Program-made: the position numbers and the translations under genes
The notes under the pieces: generated by a model
What the model was told of the DNA's origin: nothing
Databases searched by the model: none
The model's input: only the letters and a program-made list of their open reading frames with translations
Source: Planctomycetota bacterium
GTDB lineage: Bacteria > Planctomycetota > SZUA-567 > H5-PLA8
NCBI GenBank assembly: GCA_038227875.1
Contig: JBBRPR010000069.1
Span: forward strand, 1 to 42,434
Direction of reading: 5' to 3'
Length of the DNA stretch: 42,434 nucleotides
Shown here: positions 19,360 to 28,087 of the stretch, one piece after another
Numbering within the stretch: the first letter of the stretch is position 1
Layout of the letters: each line of letters starts with the position of its first letter

Positions 19360-20280
19360 TTAGTGTTGCGCCAGAAATTTCACGATGTCGTCGTACGTCG
19401 AACGGTGCGCGACGCCGCCGCCAAACATGCAGCTGCGCGAACCGGTGGCGTTGCCGATTTTCAAGGCTTCCTGGACGGGCAGCTTTTTCTCGAATGTACC
19501 GAAAAGAAACCCGGCGTCAAAACAGTCGCCCGCGCCGGTCGTGTCAACGACCTTGACGCTCCGCGCCGCGACATGATGAATTTTGCCGTCGGCGAAGACC
19601 ATCGAGCCGTCCTTGCCCGCCTTCAAAACCGCGCAGTGCGTTTTCGACTGCAGGGTTTTGCAGGCTTCTTCCAGCGACGCGGCTTTGGTCATCGAGAGCG
19701 CTTCGCCTTCATTGACAAAGAGGTACGTCAGCAGTGGCAGCCACTGGTCCATGTAATCCCACTTCTCCGTCATATCCCACTGGGGATCCAGCGACGAGGT
19801 CATCTTCTGCGCGGCGGCGAGTTTCAAGAGGCGCGTGATTTCCGGGCGCAGTTTCGTCTGCTGGTACGGTCCGGCGAAATGGATGTGATCGAAGCCGCTG
19901 AGCGTCTCCGCGGTGATGTCCCTGCCGTCGAATTCGGTGATTGTGCCCGGGTAGGTGACCTGCGTGCGCGTGTTACCGAAGATCATGTTGACCGTGACGC
20001 CCGTGCGGAATTTATCGGTGCGCAGCACCCGGTCGGTGTGGATGCCCAGTTCCTTCATGCCTTTGAGCATGAAGTTGCCGTAGTCATCGTTTCCCGCCAA
20101 TCCCAGAAACGAAGCACTGCCGCCCAGCGACGCGTACGCGGCGGCGCAGATCACCGCCGACGAGCCCATCACCACGTCGTATGACTCGCACATCACTTCC
20201 TTGTCGACGACGGGCAGCGATTGCAGCCCGCCCATCATCACGTCCACATTGATGTCGCCGGCAACCAGCACTTTCTTCAT
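19360..20280 (-). CDS. PfkB family carbohydrate kinase
   Basis: GDINVD, GNDDYG, FVNEGEA, VVDTTGAGDCFDAGFL signature. Confidence 0.92.
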   Translation of the reverse strand: MKKVLVAGDINVDVMMGGLQSLPVVDKEVMCESYDVVMGSSAVICAAAYASLGGSASFLGLAGNDDYGNFMLKGMKELGIHTDRVLRTDKFRTGVTVNMIFGNTRTQVTYPGTITEFDGRDITAETLSGFDHIHFAGPYQQTKLRPEITRLLKLAAAQKMTSSLDPQWDMTEKWDYMDQWLPLLTYLFVNEGEALSMTKAASLEEACKTLQSKTHCAVLKAGKDGSMVFADGKIHHVAARSVKVVDTTGAGDCFDAGFLFGTFEKKLPVQEALKIGNATGSRSCMFGGGVAHRSTYDDIVKFLAQH

Positions 20281-20319
20281 GAAGCAAAACTCCTGTTATT
20301 CCTGTCCATGTGACCGGAA

Positions 20320-20679
20320 TTATTCGGTGTAGTCAAACGCGCCCAGGTATTCAATCGAGGCGCTCGACGGCGAACGGACGACGTTGGGGGCGTAGACGCA
20401 AATCGCCACGTTGGCCACCTTCTCGGCAGTCAATTTGGTGAGGAACTGGTCTGCATGCGGCGCGGTGGCCAGCAATTCCCGAACGGGAACCGCCTGCGGC
20501 TTGTGAATGGCTTGAAGGTGGTCCGGCGAGAAACTGGAGATCCGGACTTCGTTGTTGAACGGCGAAGGTTCGGTGTCGCCGTCTTCCGTGTACGTTTCGT
20601 CGACAAACTTGCGCAGCTGCTCCATCGACTGGAACCGCCCCTTACTAATGAAGATGTGGACTTTGGATGCTTCTGACAT
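20320..20679 (-). CDS. Immunity protein 22 (Imm22)-like protein
   Basis: VHIFIS.GRFQS..QLRKFVDETYTEDGD..PSPF ... EYLGAFDY pattern resembles Imm22; AGGAG SD. Confidence 0.6.
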   Translation of the reverse strand: MSEASKVHIFISKGRFQSMEQLRKFVDETYTEDGDTEPSPFNNEVRISSFSPDHLQAIHKPQAVPVRELLATAPHADQFLTKLTAEKVANVAICVYAPNVVRSPSSASIEYLGAFDYTE

Positions 20680-20890
20680 GGGACCGTCTCCTGAAATTTC
20701 GCGGGTTGGTCTGACGCACGTAGTTTTGTAATGGCAAGCAACCGGTTTTGCAGTCGCGAATTATAACGTGCGTAAATTTTTTGCACGGTCGTCCGCCACG
20801 GCGGCGTGGTTGGACAGCGCACCGTGGACGGGTTATTCTGCTCCATTCCATTAAAAATCTCTTCCACGACTCCGGAGCGAGCGCCCTCAC

Positions 20891-21922
20891 ATGCCCATCG
20901 TTAAACCCAACGTCCTCCCCAAGCGCAACCACGGCTGCCGCATCGAGACCGACGCGACGCTCTGGGGGCAGCGGGCCGTCGTGCTGCAGAATGAGCTCTT
21001 GCGTGTCACGGTGCTGGCGGGACGCGGCGCGGACATCGTGGAGTTTCTCTACAAGCCGCTGGACGTGGATTTTATGTGGGCCAATCCCAACGGCCCGGTG
21101 AAGGAAGATTCCTCACAACCGCCGCAGGAGGCGCTGAAGGCGTTCGGGCATTATTATTCCGGCGGCTGGCAGGAACTGTTTCCGCACGGTTCGAAGCCCG
21201 TCGAAGCCTACGGCACGGATTTGTACCAGCACGGCGAGGTCTGGGGACTGGCGTGGGACGTGCGCATTGAAGAGGACTCGCCGGCGCGGATTTCCGTCTG
21301 CTTCACCTGCCGCACGCGGCAGACGCCGTTTGTGCTGGAACGGCACATGACGCTGAATTCCGGCAGCCCGGTCGTAACGATCGACGAAACCGCGCACAAC
21401 TTCGGGCGGCTCGGGCTGGACATCATGTGGGGACATCACCCGGCATTCGGTGCGCCGTTTCTGTCGCGTGATTGCCGGCTCTACGCCAACGCCAAAACGC
21501 TGAACGTAAATCTGAAGCACCGCACCTCCTGGCCCATCGGCGAGTACAAAGGCGAACGCGAAGATTTTTCCAAAGCGCCCGTGCCGCGCAGCGGCAAAGG
21601 CCGCATGCTCTATTTGGAAGATTTGATCGAAGGCTGGTACGCGCTGGTCAATCCGAAGCTGAAAGTCGGCTTCGGCATGCGCTGGAACAAGCGCCAATTT
21701 CCCGTTGTCTGGATCTGGCAGGAAGCCGGCGGCAAAAACTCACCGTGGTTCGGCAACGGTTACGCGACGGCCGTCGAGCCCTTCACGAATCTCCCCTTCG
21801 CCCGCGAACGCAAGGAGAAGCTGATGCGCGTCCCAGCCGGAAAAGCCATCACCGCGCGCTTCGAAGCCTTCGCGATTCCCGGCGGTAAGCCGGTGCGGAC
21901 GAGCAAGGATCTGCCGCGCTGA
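20891..21922 (+). CDS. Aldose 1-epimerase / galactose mutarotase-like (DUF4432-type) protein
   Basis: LQNELLRVTVLAGRGADI, GGWQELFP, QHGEVW, MWGHHPAFGAPFL, FPVVWIWQE, AVEP. Confidence 0.82.
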   Translation: MPIVKPNVLPKRNHGCRIETDATLWGQRAVVLQNELLRVTVLAGRGADIVEFLYKPLDVDFMWANPNGPVKEDSSQPPQEALKAFGHYYSGGWQELFPHGSKPVEAYGTDLYQHGEVWGLAWDVRIEEDSPARISVCFTCRTRQTPFVLERHMTLNSGSPVVTIDETAHNFGRLGLDIMWGHHPAFGAPFLSRDCRLYANAKTLNVNLKHRTSWPIGEYKGEREDFSKAPVPRSGKGRMLYLEDLIEGWYALVNPKLKVGFGMRWNKRQFPVVWIWQEAGGKNSPWFGNGYATAVEPFTNLPFARERKEKLMRVPAGKAITARFEAFAIPGGKPVRTSKDLPR

Positions 21923-21935
21923 AAGCGTGAACGGC

Positions 21936-21976
21936 CGGGATTCGGGATTCGACATTCGGATGCGCAACGAATCCCG
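21936..21976 (+). repeat. GGGATTC heptamer hairpin, copy 1 of direct repeat flanking the VWA gene
   Basis: cgggattcgggattcgacattcggatgcgcaacgaatcccg. Confidence 0.75.
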
Positions 21977-21986
21977 GTACGTCGCC

Positions 21987-24900
21987 TTAGAAGTCGCGGT
22001 CCGCCGGGATGGGCTGGACGGAAACGCCTTGGGCCCTACCGATCAGTTCGAGGAATTCCGCGCGGTATCCGCCGGGATCGGTTCCCAGAGACTCTTCGGC
22101 GGTCTTGCGGATGAGTGGCCAATCGCAGGCGCCTTTGTGTTCTGATCCGCGCAATTGCATGCCAAACATGGCGACTGCGGCAGCCCACCGGAAGTTGGCG
22201 CTGGTGTTTTTCCAATTGGCGCCCTTGTCGACGAAGGGGACATTCATTTCGGTTGCCTGTTCGGCCTCGGGAAGTTTGTGCCTGACGTAAACGGTGAACA
22301 GATCGCCACCTTCGGCGTCGGGGCTAAGATCGCCGTCTTTCTGATACTTCAGCGGCATGCTGCCCTTACCTGCGAGACCAGATGAACCGGGCACGATTTC
22401 ATAGAGCGCCGTGACGGTGTGGCCGGAGCCGAGTTCGCCGGCATCCTTCTTATCATCGCGGAATTCCTTCGCCGCCATCACGCGGTTTTCGTAGCCCACC
22501 AGCCGCCACGCCGTAACTGCGGCGGGATTGAATTCAACCTGGATCTTTACGTCCTTGCAGATGGTGATCAGGGTGCCGCCGATCTGATTGACAAAGATTT
22601 TGTTCGCCTCACCTTCGTTATCGATGTAACCGTAGTTTCCGTTGCCTTTGTCGGCGAGCATTTCAAGCGTCGAATCTTTCAAGTTGCCCATGCCAAATCC
22701 CATGATGGTGAGGAAGACGCCGCTCTTGGCTTTCTCCGTGATCAGGGCGTGGAGTCCTTCCTGGTTTGAGATCCCGAGGTTGAAATCACCATCGGTGCAG
22801 AGGATCACGCGGTTGGTGCCGCCCTTGATGAAATGCTCCGAGGCCAGGCGGTACGCCTCAACGATGCCCGCGCCGCCGTTCGTTCCGCCGCCAGCACCAA
22901 GGCCATCGATGACGGACTTGATCTCCGCCTTGTGGTCACAAGCAGTCGGCTGCAGCCTGACGCCGGTCTCGCCAGCGTAGATCACGATGCCCACGCTATC
23001 CTTCGCTCCCAGACGGTCGACGAGCATGTTCAACGATTTTTTAACCAGCGGCAGCCGGTTCTCGGCGTTCATCGAGCCGCTGACGTCGATGAGAAAGACC
23101 AGGTTGCTCTCCGGGCGTTGGTCCCAGGGAATCTCACGGCCTTTCAAATTTACGAGTGCCAGGCGGTGCTGCGCTTCCCACGGACAATCAGCGATTTCGC
23201 AATGGACGGCAAAGGCGCTGCCGTCATTCGGCGCTTCGTAGGTGTAAGGAAAGTAGTTGATCATCTCTTCGATGCGCACGGCGCCCTTGGGCGGACGCAT
23301 GCCCGAACGCAGGATGCGCCGCACGTTGGAATACGACGCCGTGTCGACATCGATGGCAAATGTGGAGAGCGCATCGTCGCCCTGCGTGACAGTGAATCCA
23401 CTCTCAGTGAGTTGTTCGTAGAGTTCGCCACTCCCCGGTTCCGCGGCCGGGACCGAAGCCGCGTCGGGTGCCGGGGCTTGATCCGCGCGAGCCACGTCTT
23501 TGGGCGTCGCGGCGGCAGCGACTTGCGCCGCGGGGCTGAGGCCGTGCAAGGTTTCCAGGCAAAGCACACCCAACGCCGTCTGCCCCACGCGGCCCCACTG
23601 ATCGGAGTACTCACCCGCCGGATCCCAGCTTCCGCGTGCCGGTCCGCTGCGGTTCTGGGATGCCGTGAGTTTCTGCTGCACCAACCGGTTCAAACGCGGC
23701 CAATCACCATTGCGCTGTTGTGCTCCATACAAGCTGCCGTAGTACCAGCCATACAGATCCGGCTTGTCAGCCTCAAGCGTTGCGGCGAAGTCACTGCCGC
23801 TGGCGCTGTTTTGCATGCCCAGGAGATTGCAACACACGCCGCCGATGGCATTCAAGCGCGCGTTAGACGTGCCGCCGGGGCGATACCGGTAGATCATGTC
23901 GCCTGTCTCGGAACGGGAAGCCACGCTGCTCACAAACTGACGTGCCTTCTGCAGGGCGGTGTCGGGCACATCCAGGCCGGCTTCTCGAGCCGAGTTGAGT
24001 TGCAACAGATACCAGCCCGTGACCGACAAATCGCCATCGCGAACGGGACCCGCATAGCGCCAGGCGTTCCACGCATCCGCGGGCTGGCTTTCGTTGCAGC
24101 TCCAGCGCAGCGCGCCTTCAGCCGCGCGGCGAACGGAGGCATCCTTGCTGAGCTTCGCAGCTTCTGCCAGACTCAACCCGGCAATGGCATGGGAGTACGC
24201 GGACTTGTCGCCACTGTCGGTCATCTGTCCGTTGGCGTGCTGCTGCGACTTGAGCCAGTCCATCGCGCGTTGCACATTCTTCTGATAGCGCCCGCTGGTA
24301 TCGGACTGTCCAGCGCGCAGAAACGCGAGCAGCGCCAGGCCGGTCACCGCGGTGTCATAAGATTTGCCTTTGTGCTCGCGGCAATTCCAGCGGCCATCGG
24401 GCGCCTGGTTGGCGGCGAGCCAGCAGAGCGCGGAGTTAACGCCGGGCAACTGCAACGCATCGTTGGTGGAGCGTCGCGCGAAGCTCTCGCCGCTGCTGTT
24501 GCCGCCGTGCCGCTTGATCATCACTCGTCGGCCACTGCCATTGCGATTGCCAAAACTTCCCCTGCCTACGCCGCTATTGACACCAATGCCTGTTCCCGAA
24601 CCGCCGCCCCATCCGCCGCCTGTGCCCCGCCCGGATTGAATTTGGCCTCCAACGCCAAGCACTTCTTCCAAACTGGCACCATTTGTACCGCCGCCACCTG
24701 AACTGTCGGCATTGCCGTTGATGCTGTGGAACAGGTTTGCATCGGGATTGCCAAAGGCGGCGTGAGTGTCGGGAACATCTGCACTGATCGATTCAAAATG
24801 GTCGCCCAGTTCCGCTTTCGCCAAAATGTCTGGAGGAATGACAAGATCCAACGCCTCACTGGAAGTCGGATCGGTAGGCGGGGTGTCGTGCGAGGACTGC

Positions 24901-25163
24901 AGTACCTCCTGAGGCGCCGCCTGCCCGTTTCCCTGGGTCGGTTTTTCAGGTGTCAGCAGCGTTGTATCGGTGACGACGAAATGAGAGTTGTCTTTGACGA
25001 CCGTCCACGTGATCAATGAGACCAGAAAGATGGCGACGAAGTGAAGACCAATGGACACTGCCCACCACGGGATCTGCCGCCAGCGTGGGGTAGCTGCTGC
25101 AAGTGGCTTAACGGAGGTTGGAGGTGTTTCCGGCGCAGATTTTTCTGAATCTTCCTGTTTCAT
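21987..25163 (-). CDS. Membrane-anchored prenyltransferase/squalene-cyclase-repeat protein fused to YfbK-type VWA (DUF3520) domains
   Basis: TM WWAVSIGLHFVAIFLVSLI; Gly-rich linker; ALCWLAANQAPDGRW, AVTGLALLAFL, DLSVTGW, YGWYY, GSWDP; then STFAIDVDTASYS, VRIEEMINYF, FLIDVSGSM, TDGDFN, LVGYENR, DAGELGSGH; GGAG SD before ATG 25163. Confidence 0.88.
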   Translation of the reverse strand: MKQEDSEKSAPETPPTSVKPLAAATPRWRQIPWWAVSIGLHFVAIFLVSLITWTVVKDNSHFVVTDTTLLTPEKPTQGNGQAAPQEVLQSSHDTPPTDPTSSEALDLVIPPDILAKAELGDHFESISADVPDTHAAFGNPDANLFHSINGNADSSGGGGTNGASLEEVLGVGGQIQSGRGTGGGWGGGSGTGIGVNSGVGRGSFGNRNGSGRRVMIKRHGGNSSGESFARRSTNDALQLPGVNSALCWLAANQAPDGRWNCREHKGKSYDTAVTGLALLAFLRAGQSDTSGRYQKNVQRAMDWLKSQQHANGQMTDSGDKSAYSHAIAGLSLAEAAKLSKDASVRRAAEGALRWSCNESQPADAWNAWRYAGPVRDGDLSVTGWYLLQLNSAREAGLDVPDTALQKARQFVSSVASRSETGDMIYRYRPGGTSNARLNAIGGVCCNLLGMQNSASGSDFAATLEADKPDLYGWYYGSLYGAQQRNGDWPRLNRLVQQKLTASQNRSGPARGSWDPAGEYSDQWGRVGQTALGVLCLETLHGLSPAAQVAAAATPKDVARADQAPAPDAASVPAAEPGSGELYEQLTESGFTVTQGDDALSTFAIDVDTASYSNVRRILRSGMRPPKGAVRIEEMINYFPYTYEAPNDGSAFAVHCEIADCPWEAQHRLALVNLKGREIPWDQRPESNLVFLIDVSGSMNAENRLPLVKKSLNMLVDRLGAKDSVGIVIYAGETGVRLQPTACDHKAEIKSVIDGLGAGGGTNGGAGIVEAYRLASEHFIKGGTNRVILCTDGDFNLGISNQEGLHALITEKAKSGVFLTIMGFGMGNLKDSTLEMLADKGNGNYGYIDNEGEANKIFVNQIGGTLITICKDVKIQVEFNPAAVTAWRLVGYENRVMAAKEFRDDKKDAGELGSGHTVTALYEIVPGSSGLAGKGSMPLKYQKDGDLSPDAEGGDLFTVYVRHKLPEAEQATEMNVPFVDKGANWKNTSANFRWAAAVAMFGMQLRGSEHKGACDWPLIRKTAEESLGTDPGGYRAEFLELIGRAQGVSVQPIPADRDF

Positions 25164-25311
25164 AAACTTTCTCCACACGTGTGCGCAATGCATTCGTTGA
25201 TTCACGATCCATACGAAGCAGTAACGACGACGAGTGAATTTTCTTGCGTGCGTTGTGACACATTGCTGGCAGGTGGGAGATTTTTATAATCAAGCAAAGC
25301 CGCGTGAAGAT

Positions 25312-25382
25312 CGGGATTCGGGATTCGCCAGTGCGATTGCGCGACGAATCCCGATTCCCTAATCCCGAAGCCCGAATCCCGG
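25312..25382 (+). repeat. GGGATTC heptamer hairpin, copy 2 (25312-25353) plus extra CGAATCC-type units
   Basis: cgggattcgggattcgccagtgcgattgcgcgacgaatcccg attccctaatcccgaagcccgaatcccgg. Confidence 0.75.
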
Positions 25383-25392
25383 CCGTTACTAC

Positions 25393-26721
25393 TTACTTCC
25401 CCTCAAACATCAAATAAACCGGCGCTTCCGTGATTGGCACGGTTAGTTTGTCGCCTGCAGTCTTCACCTCGATTTTCGCGGCGGGCTCCTTGCTCAGCGG
25501 CATCTGTTCGGCGGCGATCAGTTTTAACTTCGGGTCGGCGCTGAGCGAAACTTCCGCGGTGCGGTTGCTGCCGGTCGGCGACCAGACGGCCCAGATGTGC
25601 TTCTCGGGTTTGTCGGCGCTGGTGAAATCGTAGGCGTAGACGTCGCCGGACTTTTCCTGGATCACTTTCGTGAAGCGGTACTCGCCGAGCGTTTTCTGCA
25701 AATGCGCGACGGCGTGGAAACTGGGCTTGGGTTGGAATTTCCGCGTCAGGCCCGATGAGCCGTGAACCTGCGGCTCGTCGTTGTCGTCGAAGAAATAGAT
25801 GTAGGCGCGGTCGACGGGCATCCGCGCGAAGATCAGGAACGAGCGGACAATATACTGTGCCTGCTGCGTTTCGGTGCTGCCCTGCCACTTCGCAAAATCG
25901 CCGGTCTTCGGCGCGGGTTTGGTGGACGCGTCCCACCCGAACTCGGTCACCCAGATCTGCTTGCCCTTGGCGTGCTTCTCGCGCCACGCGACCGTGTCGG
26001 TGATGTCCTTCAAGTACGGAATCGACGCGTCCTCCGGGTACGAGCGTTTCCACGTGGGCCAGCCTTCGACCTGCGCGTAGGTGTGAATGTTGATCACGTC
26101 GTAGAGCTTCTCGAAGTTTTCGAAGCAAGTCAGGCTTTTGGCGTAGTCGTGACTTTTTCCGGTCGTCGTGTTGCAGGTGACGACCAGCATTTTCGGATCG
26201 CCTTCGCGCAGGCCTTTGGCCATGTTCTCGAAGACTTTCTTGTAGGTCTCATCGTCGTACTTGCCGGGCTCATTGCCGATTTCTGCTGAGCTGACGAGGT
26301 TCTGACCCGAGGGCCCGAAGTACTTCGCGAAGGCCACGCCGTAGGCGTGCGTGTCGGCGGGGAGGTCCTTCCACTTGTCCGATTTGACCGGCTCGAACAT
26401 CAGGCTGACATCGGTGGTGTAGCCGGCTTTTTTCCAGCTTCCGTAAACGCCCAGCCAGTCGACTTTGTTGCGGGCCATGGGGAACGTGGTTTTGTAGCTG
26501 GTGTCGTCGCCGAAGTCCCAATCGATCGGATGGTAGTCGCGCACAACTTTCACGGCCGGGCTGTACAAATCCGGCTTGAACTGAATGGTGTGTCCGCAGA
26601 GACCCATGAAATCCTTCATCAGCGGCTTGAGTGGCGCGTCGCCGTCCGCGGCAAGCAGCGCGCCGCTAATAAGGGATAGAATGAGCAGGGCAGCGGCGCG
26701 GTTTAGAGGAAGAGGTTTCAT
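25393..26721 (-). CDS. Secreted clan GH-A-like glycoside hydrolase
   Basis: Signal peptide; EIGNEP (acid/base), NIHTY, WVTEFGWD (nucleophile); AAGGAG SD. Confidence 0.78.
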   Translation of the reverse strand: MKPLPLNRAAALLILSLISGALLAADGDAPLKPLMKDFMGLCGHTIQFKPDLYSPAVKVVRDYHPIDWDFGDDTSYKTTFPMARNKVDWLGVYGSWKKAGYTTDVSLMFEPVKSDKWKDLPADTHAYGVAFAKYFGPSGQNLVSSAEIGNEPGKYDDETYKKVFENMAKGLREGDPKMLVVTCNTTTGKSHDYAKSLTCFENFEKLYDVINIHTYAQVEGWPTWKRSYPEDASIPYLKDITDTVAWREKHAKGKQIWVTEFGWDASTKPAPKTGDFAKWQGSTETQQAQYIVRSFLIFARMPVDRAYIYFFDDNDEPQVHGSSGLTRKFQPKPSFHAVAHLQKTLGEYRFTKVIQEKSGDVYAYDFTSADKPEKHIWAVWSPTGSNRTAEVSLSADPKLKLIAAEQMPLSKEPAAKIEVKTAGDKLTVPITEAPVYLMFEGK

Positions 26722-26861
26722 GAGCTTACTCCTTTAAGCGGTGCGAAAACGATTGTTCTCGATTCTACTCCGGGAGACAACGTCAGTTTGTACCGCTGGC
26801 ATCCTCCGGGACGGAGAGATTCGGCTTTCGCATCCTCGCGGGTGTGGTAGACAAGGCACCT

Positions 26862-27812
26862 ATGGTCCGGTTTGCGGCTGCACTTTTGCTTCTGATTTCG
26901 CTCGGCGCCGGCTGCTTTGCCGCGACCGACGATACTGCGCCACCGCTTCCCGCTCCGCCGCCGCCGGGCCGCCCGATTCCTCCTGAGAAGCCAGTTGCGG
27001 AACCGTCCACGCCGCACTGGCAGGAGGTCGTGAAAGCGCGGCTGCAGAAGCGCATCACGCTGGCGCTGGACGAATCGACGCTCAGCGACGCGCTGGCCAA
27101 TTTCCGGCAGATGGCGACGGTGGCGATCTTCACCGACCCAGCGATCACCGACGACGAGCAGGGCGACATCAACCAGAATTTCAGCGACCTGCCGCTGGCC
27201 GACGCGCTGCCGCGGCTGCTCGGCCCGCTGGGTTTGGAATACACGATCCGCGACGAGGCGATTTTTGTTTACCGACGCAATGCGTACGCCGCTGATGCGT
27301 CCGCCAGCGGCACGCTGCCCGACAAGAAGCTGAGTGAATTGAAAATTGCCATCGTCGAACTGTCGTCCGACGACTTCCGCGTGCGCGAGCACGGTTCGGA
27401 AACGCTGGCGAAATTCGGCAACGCCGCCGCGCCGTATCTGCTCAAGGCGATACGCGCGAGCACCGATCCGGAAGCGCAGGCGCGGCTGAAACGGCTGACG
27501 GAACGTTACGCCGCGAAGCCCTTTCCCGAACCGGCGCCGGAAGTCATGCAGAAACTCGACGCCATCGACGCGCTGATCGCCACCGATTTCGAATCCACGC
27601 GCGTGGGCGAAGCCGCGCAGTTCATCGCCGTCAATGTCGGCAAGAAGACCGGCACGCCGCCGGTCATCGACGTGGCCGCGGAGCTGCGCGACCAGCCCGT
27701 CTACATGCCGCCGGCCGTGATGCATGCCGGCAACATGTTGAAGTGGCTGGCCGTCCTCTCCGGCGCGCAGATTACGCTTGAGGGTGACAAGCTGAAGTTC
27801 ACGAAGCGGTGA
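26862..27812 (+). CDS. Secreted hypothetical protein with STN-like domains and a HEAT-like segment
   Basis: Signal peptide, Pro-rich linker, LQKRITLALDESTLSDAL...LPLADALPRLLGPLGLEYTIRDEAIFV, LSSDDFRVREHGSETLAKFG. Confidence 0.72.
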   Translation: MVRFAAALLLLISLGAGCFAATDDTAPPLPAPPPPGRPIPPEKPVAEPSTPHWQEVVKARLQKRITLALDESTLSDALANFRQMATVAIFTDPAITDDEQGDINQNFSDLPLADALPRLLGPLGLEYTIRDEAIFVYRRNAYAADASASGTLPDKKLSELKIAIVELSSDDFRVREHGSETLAKFGNAAAPYLLKAIRASTDPEAQARLKRLTERYAAKPFPEPAPEVMQKLDAIDALIATDFESTRVGEAAQFIAVNVGKKTGTPPVIDVAAELRDQPVYMPPAVMHAGNMLKWLAVLSGAQITLEGDKLKFTKR

Positions 27813-27824
27813 GCGATTCTGGTT

Positions 27825-27957
27825 CCACGGATGCGCGAAATTCCTGAGCGCGAGCGAAGGAAGTTCGTTCATCCGTGCGGGACGCTCCGCCATTGCGGTG
27901 CACACCGCACGGATGAACGGACCCTTTCGCTACGCTCAAGAGTCCGCGCATCCGTGG
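27825..27957. repeat. Long imperfect inverted repeat (REP doublet-like)
   Basis: ccacggatgcgcg...tgagcgcgagcgaagg...gttcatccgtgcgg pairs with ccgcacggatgaac...cctttcgctacgctca...cgcgcatccgtgg. Confidence 0.8.
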
Positions 27958-28087
27958 CACCATGGATAACGCATTCTCTGGTTCCTCGGTTATTCCGAAT
28001 TCGACATTCCACTTCCCCCGCCCTCGCCGTTGAACGTTGATAAATCCCTCCCACATGCTATCTCTAATAGGCAAGGAGCGACCCATC

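Noticed and set aside
23500..24450. Squalene-hopene cyclase call for the repeat domain
   Set aside because: Only a single repeat barrel, no DXDD catalytic motif seen, membrane-anchored and fused to VWA
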